Notes under the pieces: generated by a model
Told to the model about the DNA's origin: nothing
Databases searched by the model: none
Seen by the model: only the letters and a program-made list of their open reading frames with translations
Assembly (NCBI GenBank): GCA_032718475.1
Contig: JAUCBJ010007452.1
Coordinates: forward strand, 1-64,000
Length of the DNA stretch: 64,000 nucleotides
Direction: 5' to 3'
From: Nemertoderma westbladi
Taxonomy: Eukaryota; Animalia; Xenacoelomorpha
Part shown: piece after piece, positions 1 through 11,600 of the stretch
How positions within the stretch are numbered: the stretch's first letter is position 1
Layout: every line of letters starts with the position of its first letter
Translations under genes and position numbers: made by a program

Positions 1-149
1 CATGTGCTGTGTGGTGCACACTTGTTCTTTCCTCGGGCTTTCTCACCTGAATTCTTTTAGGAGACGTAGGAGGGGTTTTTGTACCGGTTCCCTTCTGTCA
101 TTGGGTCGAGACTTGGATTTACTTACCTGATCTTTAGGCATTTTATTGA

Positions 150-2420
150 CTAATAAGATCTGTCAGTGTCTTTCCCGCTGTCCTCTCCTTGTGAAGTCTG
201 GCTTTCGCCGTCATCGGTATAACATACTGGTGTTATTTTTCTCCTAGAGACGGGTTTTTCACTTACCTTGTTTTCCGGTGTTTTCTCCCTAGACAGTTTC
301 AGGAGCTGTAATTTCACTTCTCCATCTAGGAATGACATGAGATCAGCCATGGTAGGGTCTCGCCGTTGTTGTTCCATCATATATAACACTTTCTTATCCC
401 AGCGTGTACCTACTCCACCTTTAGGTAAAGTAGAAGCCACTGCTCTAATAACCATAGCACTCTGATACTCATGAGACTTACCTAGCCAATCTAATTGTCT
501 GCAGATCTCCTGAATTTCATCGGAAAACTCTATAATCCCGCTGCTAATAAACTTTCGGGGCGCTACCAACTTTGCATACAAATACCCAGCTATGTTATTC
601 CTATTACCATACCTGATGTTTAGTGTATCCCAAACTTGTCTTAATCCGTCTGGATGTCCAATAAACCTTAACGCCATTAACTTGGGAGATCCTTCCAAGC
701 ACTCGATGAGGTATCTAAGTTTTTCTCCATTAGATAGTACAGAGTTCTGTATGTTATCTTTGTAATATTCATTAAAAGGTAACCATTTCATCTCATCTCC
801 ATTGAACTTGACGATCTCTCCCACCTTCACCGCTTGCCGGGCTTCGGTTCTAGCCATTTGACGCGTAAAACTTTCTTGGGCCATCGTGCTATTTAATATC
901 GAGTTATCGGTATATAAATTTCTCGGATTATGATCAGTTCTATAGGGAATATCATTATCAACAGGTCTATAATTACCCTTAATAGGGTTCACTATAGGAG
1001 TTTCTACTTCGCTAGCAGTATAAATGCGTGTAGGCTCCACACCTTGCGCATGAGATACTTCAGACCTAACAGGTTGACACATTGTTACAGAGGGTGGTGG
1101 TATACCCTTTTGAGTATTTACTAATTTATCGCGCTCTAGCGCGATACTTTGCTGCACTTCTTGCAACTCTAGTCTACTTTCCCTTACTGTGCCCTTGAAT
1201 TGCTGGACAGTCTCCTGCATCTGCCCGAGCAGGAGATCCATCCCCCGCCGTCTCTCGTCCACCCATTCGACCGCCGAAGCGGGAGTCGCCAACGTTGTAG
1301 CGGGCGGACGAGGGACAACGGGCGACAAATCCGGAATATTTCGCTCGGGGTCCAGGACCTGAACTGTCGCCTGGGCAGTTCTACTGGGCACAGGTAGCTT
1401 AGTGCTATGTAGAGGGAATTTAGAAGTAGCTTCAGGGAGCACAGGTGTGTCTATCACCGAAGGGGTGATTTCAAGAACAGGCCTAATTATTTCAGGCTCA
1501 TCTACTATAGTAGGGAGTCTTTCTATTTTAATTATTTGGTCTGTGGGCTCTGTACTACCTAAGTTAGTGTTATTTAGTTGCCTTCTAACAGCTGGAGGCA
1601 AATCAGGCAATTTCTGACGGTGGAATGTTCTTTTACGTCTGCTTAAACGAGATCTATTTCCTTTGCCTTCAGTATCGGTGGTATCGCCTTCTTCAGATGA
1701 TGTATACCCCTGTCTTTTGGGAGTAGATCGACTCATCATCTGCATATTACTAGCTGTTAACTGTTTATTGAAGTTGTCTTGCCTCTCTTGAAGATTTTCC
1801 AACTCTAGTTGGGTTGCCTCTTCAGATGCCCTCCGTTCTGCTTCTACCACTGCCTCTGCTGTTGCCAGTGCCGCCTTTCTTTCTGCTTCGGCCGCTGCCT
1901 TTGCTGCTGCTACTGCCGCTTTTGCCTCTGCCGCTGCCACTGCCGCTGCCGCTTTTGTTTCTGCTTCTGCAGCTGCCTTTGCTGCTTTTGTTTCTGCTTC
2001 TGCAGCTGCCTTTGCTGCTGCTACTGCCGCCTTTTCCTCTGCCGCTGCCACTGCCGCTGCCGCTTTTGTTTCTGCTTCTGCAGCTGCCACTGCTGCTGCT
2101 ACTGCCGCTGCCTTTCTGTCTTCTATACGTTTTTTCTTTACTTGTTCTTCCTGGACCTTAACGACGCGGAGTTGTTCATCGAATTTAGCTTGATTAGCCG
2201 CTAACCTATCCACGTCGATGGCGTCAAGCACACGCTGTGCTCCTTCACTATTAGGGCTAAGTCCCTCTAGTCTTCTCCGCAACTCTTCATCACCTACAAA
2301 ACGTTGATAGTCTGACAGATAGATGTCAATGGCATCCTTCTTATGCGGTTTCTCTGCTGTCGCTTCACTCTCCGTTGTATCTAGTAGACTGTCTGACAGG
2401 TTCTGCTTTGCGTCAGACAT
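150..2420 (-). pseudogene. BEL/Pao Gag (DUF1759-like capsid region) with Ala-rich N-terminal repeat; premature stop/frameshift at ~150
   Basis: Motif KFNGDEMKWLPF...LSNGEKLRYLIECLEG...LNIRYGN. Homology to the element 2 ORF continues past the TAG (1-150 resembles 47460-47610), indicating a frameshift. Confidence 0.85.
1860..2112 (-). repeat. Coding tandem repeat in gag (AAAVAAAEAETK-type units)
   Basis: Repeated gccgctgccactgccgctgcc / gtttctgcttctgcagctgcc blocks; much shorter in element 2 (49290-49400). Confidence 0.85.
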
Positions 2421-3779
2421 GTTTGTGTGTACAGTTGAATGTCTACTGCTATATTACAGTCTGAGTAAGTCTAATAACTCAGTATTAACTGCTAGCCTAG
2501 TAATTAATTCCCGGTACTGCTACTCAGTGTAGCGTGATATATAATATATAAGGATACCGGTATGCTTATAGTATATATAACTATTATTACAGACTAGGTT
2601 TATCACAGAATACTGGTATAATTTTAGCACAAATATATATAAATATATAATAGGCCTATCGGAATACCGGTATACAGCTTACTGTTTGTAGGATATATAA
2701 TTCTGAAATAGAATTAATTACAAGTACCGGTATAATTTCAGCCTAGATTTATAGAAATAAAGATAATAGGCCTATCGTAAATACCGGTATATCAATTATT
2801 TCAAATAATTGAATTTCTGTTACTTTAGGGTTACTTTGTTACTTTACTTACTTTATTACCGTTATTTGAGCAGTAATCCAACTGATATTGAGACCTAATG
2901 GTTGTATGGTAGGCCTACGATTTATAAATCGTTAGATTTGATTTATAATATATATATACCCGTTTTAATGGGTTTTGTCAATGTTTGAAATAAATGTTAT
3001 TATTTCTGGGGAGTAATCACTACACAAAGCGGTGCGCTTTCAGTGAAGTGTTACGTACAGGACACTAAAACAAATAATACTAATTTACCTAAGTTACTTA
3101 ATACTACAAATTACGTACAATTCGGGTGAGATTACAATCTCTAAATAAACACAAAAATTTTACAAAAACACAAATACGAATTTTTAGGGTAATTTTACAA
3201 GAAGTCTACAAACCAGCCTAACAAAGGGTTAGAAAACTGATTATTACAGCGGACAGGGTACTACGGTATTGGAAATAATAAGTAGTAGTAAATACACTGC
3301 GTTGTCTAGATAGGAAAATACCACCGCCTGACGACCTATAGCCGTATCGCTATAGGTTCTACGTTATGTATCACGGAGTGTTCCTACCTAGAAGTTAATA
3401 GAGCTAATCGAATGTGCCTATCAACCACTTTACAACACAAATATAATGCCTACAATAATTACTTCGGAAAGTACTATACACTAAACCCTAAATTAGGTAC
3501 GAGTACTTGTATAACAAATAATCAGTAGTTAAATATACTTGAACAGCTAAAAGAACCACGGCATCTGCTGGAGTGACCGATGCACAAAATCACCAGTCTT
3601 TACCTACGCCAAGCAGCCCGTGTAGTACCGAGGTTAATTTAACTATAGCGGTATGTATAACAAACACAATTACTGTAGGAACAAACTTGGGGACTTGAAT
3701 GTTGCGAATAATCGCATAAACTCTGAATAATAAATATTACGCTACGCGTACAAACCACTCAAATAAAATACAGACCGAA

Positions 3780-4295
3780 CACTGACAGACTACTATCAAG
3801 CCTAAACAAACTACGGTATATGCAGACTCCGAAATGATTAGGGAGTATGCGCTCTAACCCAGTAGTGCGACTTATTCTTTAGTTGGGGGATTACCTTACA
3901 GCGTTCGCTGCCCCTACTGCCTAATCGTACTTAATCGGACAGATGATCTACACACGCGGCAATCCGTTCAGACCTAATAACAGCCAGACAACTATCCAGC
4001 CTACAAATTATTTAAATAAAATTATACGCTACCCGTACAGACTTACACAAACAAAGTACAGACTAAACGATGGCAGACTACTCTCAAGCCTAAATAAACT
4101 ACAGGACATGCAGACTCCGAAATGATTAGGGAGTATGCGCTCTAACCCAGTAGTGCGACTTATTCTTTAGCTGGGGGATTACCTTACAGCGTTGCTGCCC
4201 CTACTTCCTAACCGTACTTAATCGGACAAGTGCTCTACACACACTGCAATTCGTTCGGACCTAACAGCAATCAGAGAACAGCTCAGCCTACAAAT
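3780..4295. repeat. ~290-bp direct repeat (2 copies) in the element 1 leader
   Basis: cagactccgaaatgattagggagtatgcgctctaacccagtagtgcgac occurs at ~3823 and ~4111. An equivalent duplication exists in element 2 (~51475-52000). Confidence 0.85.
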
Positions 4296-4578
4296 TGTCT
4301 GTACAATCTGATCAGGTTTACACGCCTTCTGTTCAATACTGGCCTACAAATAAATAAAACTTGACAGAAATAAGTAAAATCTCAATAAAAAACCAGGGCG
4401 GCCGTTCCCTGATTAAATACTAAGACCTACCGGTATACAACTATCAAAATCGAATAATACTGCTGTACCTGTACTGCTGTAGGTACCGGTCCGGGTGGTT
4501 AGGTAGTCAGGCCTACTGACCTACAGATGTACCGGTTGACCGGTACTTTCAACTTTATTGCTTACTGCAATAAGAAGC

Positions 4579-4590
4579 TATATCCTTTAA
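4579..4590 (-). promoter_or_regulatory. Non-tRNA primer-binding site of element 1 (putative self-priming)
   Basis: Directly abuts the LTR end, has no TGG, and is the exact reverse complement of 5317-5328 inside the LTR. Confidence 0.65.
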
Positions 4591-5795
4591 TGTTCGCGCT
4601 TTCAGACCTTTGGCAGTTTAACCCGCCAAATTAAGATGTCTTCTAGATATTAAATCTGCTTTTAGTCTATGACAAGTATTTGATTCACTACACTAGTCGA
4701 AACCAATCCGTGCGCGACCATTCACCCGCTGGAAATTCCCGGGAGATTGGGTTCGACGGTTTAATTTTTATTGCTATGTAAGCCTAATGTATTATTCGAC
4801 TGACAGTATTATATAATCTCTGACAATATTATTCACCTTCGGTAATATTAACAGTACCTTTAGGACGTGGCGCTTTATCTACATAAACAGAGTTATGACT
4901 TAAACTACTCACAACGATATGGCTTAATTATAATCCACATATATGGCGCATTCTTTAGGAATTGCTTCTTTAACAGACTCACTCATACACAATGCTGCAC
5001 AATACTGCACACTAATCTGCCAATCTTCACTGATTTTAGTCACATATAAAAGGAACACAGTCTGACTCATGTAGGGTCTATCAAATAACATTAGATTCAC
5101 TTCAAACCACTTTAACATAAGTCACAATCGTTATTGGTAACCTTTCTCTCTTACCTTCGGTATATCAAGAATATTGGGTTGCGGGGTTATTTATCGTTAT
5201 TCCAAATATAATTATTCATCAACCATATTATGAAGAACTGACAGCAAATAGCAGTATAAAACAACAAGTCAGTACCGGTATGTCAGCAATGAGACATAGG
5301 CATGCAGGTCCGTCCGTTAAAGGATATATGCCCTTTATAACTAAACCTACTAGTGTACGACTAAAAAGCAGTACAGCACAAAATACTTCCAAGCCGTTCT
5401 TTCTTTGGCTCAAGACTGAATGTAAACACTGCACATAGGCATTGCGTCATTTCTCGGAAATTTTCTGTACAAGGAGCCACAAAAACGCTCTCATTGGCTG
5501 ACTGAACTGAGAGACGCCGTAGAACAAAGGAAATCAACACGTATGAATGTCAGCTGTTAACCGTAGTCATAGTAACTACTGTTCAAGAGTAGCTATCACC
5601 CTTTTGCGTCACGAATTGCCATAGAATCATAAAATATGCCTTTCACAGTACACATACGGAGGAAATAGGTCTTAGATCCTCTAAAAACACCGATACAGCA
5701 ATAATACGGTCTCTTACACTTATTAAATCAACTACAGAGTATTTTAATGTAAAAGATAATAAAAATAACGGGGCAATTCAGCAAAGGCTTTTACA
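4591..5795 (-). repeat. 5' LTR of element 1 (~1205 bp)
   Basis: Runs TGTTCGCGCT...GGCTTTTACA on +. Diverged homologue of the element 2 LTRs (TGTACGCGCT...GCTTTTACA); shared blocks include ccattcacccgctgga and ggcgcattctttagga. Confidence 0.88.
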
Positions 5796-6613
5796 TGCCC
5801 CTTCATCATAGAAGTCGATTCGTAAAAAAAAAATCGGGGGTCTCAAACAAAGTTTTCGAGAACATCCAAAAAAACTAAAAAATCTGATCTTTAATGATCA
5901 GGTATCAGATCTCGAGAACCAGTTGTCCGATCGAGCCAAATTTTTTTTTAATCGACCCAGGGCGGTGTTCTGAACGTTTCCTACAGTAATTGTTTATATC
6001 CAAAATGCTTAGTTACGATTTTACGAAGTCCGATCTTTGCGCGATCATGATCTTGCGTTTTAACCGGGAAGAATTCACTTTTTTTAAAATCTTTTAACGG
6101 GAATCATGACTAATGTGGGGTCGCTGAATCTTTTTGTAATGTTAAGTTTTTCGATTGGAGCAAGCCTTGAGTGTCCGATTGCTGATCAAAACTGATCTTT
6201 GCTGATCATGGTCAAGATCATGATCTGACACCTCCAAAAAAAGCTCCTTGAATGTAAATCCATATGCTGCCTATCGATTGGCGCCGGTCCCAACTCCGTA
6301 GCATTAGCCGTTTTGGCTGTAGCTCCATAGCAACGTGGTTGCTAGGGAAGCGGACTTTTTGACTCAAATTGGCCCTAGCCGGAGAACCGTAGACTTTTTT
6401 AACACATTATGTATGGCGAAAAGTCTTCTGGATAAATTTTGGGGGGGGGGGGGTCTAGGAACATCCTATTGTTCGTTTTCGCTTAGTTGCTGAGATCCTC
6501 TCGTCCCACAAATCCCAGGATTCTATAAAGGCATTCTGCTGGACTAGTTCCGTGGCCGGAATAGTGTTCGGTGTTCTGCGAACAGAGAACCTAATCGGTT
6601 TAGGGCCCTGACC
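5796..6613. mobile_element. Unclassified interspersed-repeat-like segment into which element 1 inserted
   Basis: Non-coding, with recurrent (T)GATC(T/A) and TCCGAT motifs reminiscent of non-autonomous DNA elements. No termini identified. Confidence 0.3.
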
Positions 6614-7800
6614 GTCTAGCCGATTATTTGGCACAATCCCAGGCCCAGAATGCCCAGAAATTTCAGCGGTTACTTGGTCAACCAAATCAACCTGCAGTTC
6701 CACAGGTTGAATCCACTCCTCGTAACCTTCAAATTAAAAGAACCGGATTTTAGTTTAGCAAAATTTGAAACCTGGAAGTCGGTTTGGGCGGATTATTATT
6801 CCGCATTTCAGATGGACAGAATGGCTAGGGATAGGAAAATCAGTATTTTCAGGAGGGCATACCTTTCTATAGGTATGCACTCAACATTGGAACAAGTTAT
6901 TGATGTTCCCCACGACACACAGGATAATCCTTTAACAGTTCAGGTGTTAATTGATTGTATTCAATGTTATTTTCGTGGTAAACGAAATATTGTAGCTATC
7001 CGGTTGTTATAAAGGATCTTGCTCGAGATGCGGATCTATGTCGACATTGTTTCGATCAACGATTGACCACTCGTAGTACGTCTGGTATTTCTTGCGAAGA
7101 CAATAGATCTAAACATCTTGCATTAACTCCATTTACCTTATCCAAATCCTTGTAGGTCTGAGGAATAGGCCCAAGCTGGAGTTCAGGATTTAAAACAGCC
7201 TTCAGTAGTCAAGCAAACTTCTCACCAATCTCGTATTCACAGGAAGAGTAAATCCAATAATTTTAGACGCAACAATCATTATAAATCAAATTCCAGAAAG
7301 AATCATTTATCTGCTATGGTTTGTTATGGCTGTGGTAAAACAGACCATAATCGTTCTGATTGTCCAGCTAGGAACAAAGATTGTTCTTATTGTGCTGGCA
7401 AGGAAGGCCATTTCGCCAGTTGTTGCCAGTCTAAACAAAAGGATTCAAATTCACTTCCTAAATCAAAATCAAAACAACCCATTGGCCGCATTACTCTCAA
7501 CATGGTTGGTAACCACAATAGACAGGCACCTAAGGTAGACTTCTGTAATATTGCAACAGGGAATTACTGGTGCTGAGGCCACTGCTGCTAGCTTAGATTT
7601 TCTTCGGCCCTCTCCATTTACAGGGAAAATTTACTCGTACCAGACCATGATGATCTTTCTGCTGCTAATGGTAGTCCTCTTTCATGCATTGGTCTCCTTT
7701 ATACTACAATTTCGTATGGTGGTTATTTGGCTGCATCATTTTGACAAACATTCCGAATATAACCAGTACCTATGTTATTTGTGTTACACTTCCAAAAAAA
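6614..7800 (+). pseudogene. Degraded Ty3/Gypsy (Mag-like) gag-protease remnant, copy A
   Basis: FETWKSVWADY...YFRGKRNIV capsid-like segment; double knuckle CYGCGKTDHNRSDCPARNKDCSYCAGKEGHFASCC; decayed (D)TGA protease motif 'ITGAEAT'; stops and frameshifts. Confidence 0.75.
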
Positions 7801-8407
7801 ACATTCTGTGCAAAATTTTAGCAAGTTTGGGTGATATCTAGAGGGGCAACAAGGACCATGAAGTTGACATATATTAGCCGCTATTGATCATGGTTATCGA
7901 AACACCGGAATAGTTGTTATCACGCTGCCAGTAAGAATTTTACAAAATAATAATGAAATTAAGTTATTTTAAACAAATGATATTAATCACAACACGTCAA
8001 AACACTATAATTGCAAAGAAAGCATCAAATTACTGACATCATACCGTTTTCTGGGCTTTCTAGTAATAATAATAATAATATAACGAGGAATGATTTAATA
8101 GAATCTATCAATAAAATTATGTTTTATATACTTAAGTGTAATAATACAGAGATGAACTGTTCAAGAGTTAAAATTACATGCCCATCAATATTTATACATA
8201 TAATCATGAATGATAAATTGATTTGTTTCGAAATGTGATTTGCCTATATAACTATCACCAGATGAACCTAATTATCTCCCCCAAAGCTTAAAGGATCATC
8301 AATGCTACTACTGCCCAAAACACCAAAAAATAGAGGCATTGTTTGGTTAAACTAACTAGCTAATATTAACAGATAGTTTCACAGAATTTCCATGATATTA
8401 TTGTGTT

Positions 8408-8616
8408 TTAGCAGCGTTGACATATTTGCTTGCAGATTGAATGATTTGCACGACATGTTCCTCGTGGTTTAATCTTGTACCAAGACAGACACATTATGTG
8501 GTCGTTATGGCAACTCTCGTTGGCTTCTATATAGGCTTTGGCCGAGTCACAAACATTACAAGTCTCAGTGCAGAAGGAATACATGAAGTACATTGTGGCC
8601 TCTTCTTCACAATAAC
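8408..8616 (-). CDS. Duplicated terminal exon 6' (end of ShK2 + ShK3)
   Basis: TTTTAG acceptor at 8618-8617; 209 nt, same translation as 21238-21030; TAA stop. Confidence 0.75.
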
Positions 8617-11600
8617 CTAAAAGTAATAGTTACAGAAGGAATACATAAAGTACATGGTGGCCTCTTCTTCACAATAACCTAAAGGTAATAGTTACAGAAG
8701 GATTACATAAAGTACATGGTGGCCTCTTCTTCACAATAACATAAAGGTAATAGTTACAGAAGGAATACATAAAGTACATGGTGGCCTCTTCTTCACAATA
8801 ACCTAAAGGTAATAGTTACTGAAGGAATACATAAAGTACATGGTGGCCTCTTCTTCACAATAACCTAAAAGTAATAGTTACAGAAGGAATACATAAAGTA
8901 CATGGTGGCCTCTTCTTCACAATAACATAAAAGTAATAGTTAGAAGGAATACATAAAGTACATGGTGGCCTCTTTTTCACAATAACCTAAAGGTAATAGT
9001 TACAGAAGGAATACATAAAGTACATGGTGGCCTCTTCTTCACAATAACATAAAGGTAATAGTTACAGAAGGAATACATAAAGTACATGGTGGCCTCTTCT
9101 TCACAATAACATAAAAGTAATAGTTAGAAGGAATACATAAAGTACATGGTGGCCTCTTTTTCACAATAACCTAAAGGTAATAGTTACAGAAGGAATACAT
9201 AAAGTATATGGTGGCCTCTTCTTCACAATAACCTAAAGGTAATAGTTACAGAAGGAATACATAAAGTACATTGTGGCCTCTTCTTCACAATAACATAAAG
9301 GTAATAGTTACAGAAGGAATACATAAAGTACATGGTGGCCTCTTCTTCACAATAACCTAAAGGTAATAGTTACAGAAGGAATACATAAAGTACATGGTGG
9401 CCTCTTCTTCACAATAACATAAAGGTAATAGTTACAGAAGGAATACATAAAGTACATGGTGGCCTCTTCTTCACAATAACCTAAAGGTAATAGTTACAGA
9501 AGGAATACATAAAGTACATTGTGGCCTCTTCTTCACAATAACATAAAGGTAATAGTTACAGAAGGAATACATAAAGTACATGGTGGCCTCTTCTTCACAA
9601 TAACATAAAGGTAATAGTTACAGAAGGAATACATAAAGTACATGGTGGCCTCTTCTTTACAATAACCTAAAAGTAATAGTTACAGAAGGAATACATAAAG
9701 TACATTGTGGCCTCTTCTTCACAATAACCTAAAAGTAATAGTTACAGAAGGAATACATAAAGTACATGGTGGCCTCTTCTTCACAATAACATAAAGGTAA
9801 TAGTTACAGAAGGAATAAATAAAGTACATGGTGGCCTCTTCTTCACAATAACCTAAAGGTAATAGTTACAGAAGGAATACATAAAGTACATGGTGGCCTC
9901 TTCTTCACAATAACATAAAGGTAATAGTTACAGAAGGAATACATAAAGTACATGGTGGCCTCTTCTTCACAATAACATAAAGGTAATAGTTACAGAAGGA
10001 ATAAATAAAGTACATGGTGGCCTCTTCTTCACAATAACCTAAAGGTAATAGTTACAGAAGGAATACATAAAGTACATTGTGGCCTCTTCTTCACAATAAC
10101 CTAAAGGTAATAGTTACAGAAGGAATACATAAAGGACATGGTGGCCTCTTCTTCACAATAACATAAAGGTAATAGTTACAGAAGGAATACATAAAGTACA
10201 TTGTGGCCTCTTCTTCACAATAACCTAAAAGTAATAGTTACAGAAGGAATACATAAAGTACATGGTGGCCTCTTCTTCACAATAACCTAAAAGTAATAGT
10301 TACAGAAGGAATACATAAAATACATGGTGGCCTCTTCTTCACAATAACCTAAAAGTAATAGTTACAGAAGGAATACATAAAGGACATGGTGGCCTCTTCT
10401 TCACAATAACATAAAGGTAATAGTTACAGAAGGAATACATAAAGGACATGGTGGCCTCTTCTTCACAATAACATAAAGGTAATAGTTACAGAAGGAATAC
10501 ATAAAGTACATCGTGGCCTCTTCTTCACAATAACCTAAAAGTAATAGTTACAGAAGGAATACATAAAGGACATGGTGGCCTCTTCTTCACAATAACATAA
10601 AGGTAATAGTTGCAGAAGGTATACATAAAGGACATGGTGGCCTCTTCTTCACAATAACATAAAGGTAATAGTTACAGAAGGAATACATAAAGTACATGGT
10701 GGCCTCTTCTTCACAATAACATAAAGGTAATAGTTACAGAAGGAATAAATAAAGTACATGGTGGCCTCTTCTTCACAATAACCTAAAGGTAATAGTTACA
10801 GAAGGAATACATAAAGTACATTGTGGCCTCTTCTTCACAATAACCTAAAGGTAATAGTTACAGAAGGAATACATAAAGGACATGGTGGCCTCTTCTTCAC
10901 AATAACATAAAGGTAATAGTTACAGAAGGAATACATAAAGTACATTGTGGCCTCTTCTTCACAATAACCTAAAAGTAATAGTTACAGAAGGAATACATAA
11001 AGTACATGGTGGCCTCTTCTTCACAATAACCTAAAAGTAATAGTTACAGAAGGAATACATAAAATACATGGTGGCCTCTTCTTCACAATAACCTAAAAGT
11101 AATAGTTACAGAAGGAATACATAAAGGACATGGTGGCCTCTTCTTCACAATAACATAAAGGTAATAGTTACAGAAGGAATACATAAAGTACATGGTGGCC
11201 TCTTCTTCACAATAACATAAAGGTAATAGTTACAGAAGGAATACATAAAGTACATCGTGGCCTCTTCTTCACAATAACCTAAAAGTAATAGTTACAGAAG
11301 GAATACATAATGGACATGGTGGCCTCTTCTTCACAATAACATAAAGGTAATAGTTACAGAAGGTATACATAAAGGACATGGTGGCCTCTTCTTCACAATA
11401 ACATAAAGGTAATAGTTACAGAAGGAATACATAAAGTACATGGTGGCCTCTTCTTCACAATAACATAAAGGTAATAGTTACAGAAGGAATACATAAAGTA
11501 CATGGTGGCCTCTTCTTCACAATAACCTAAAAGTAATAGTTACAGAAGGAATACATAAAGGACATGGTGGCCTCTTCTTCACAATAACATAAAGGTAATA

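Larger units (their letters stand above)
1..5795 (-). mobile_element. BEL/Pao LTR retrotransposon, element 1 (5' LTR, ~2.2-kb leader, gag); continues off the left edge
   Basis: Gag is colinear with that of element 2. Leader and LTR align with 50100-53574. The right flank TGCCC (5796-5800) is the predicted TSD; the other end is outside the window. Confidence 0.9.

Noticed and set aside
1809-2204. Cys-rich and Leu/Pro-rich plus-strand ORFs
   Set aside because: Antisense shadows of the Ala-rich gag repeat.
5333-5340. TTATAAAG as the LTR TATA box
   Set aside because: Not conserved as a clean TATA in element 2 (ATTATAGAG) and only a few nt from the putative primer segment; TSS cannot be fixed from sequence. 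If it is the real TATA, the self-priming model weakens.
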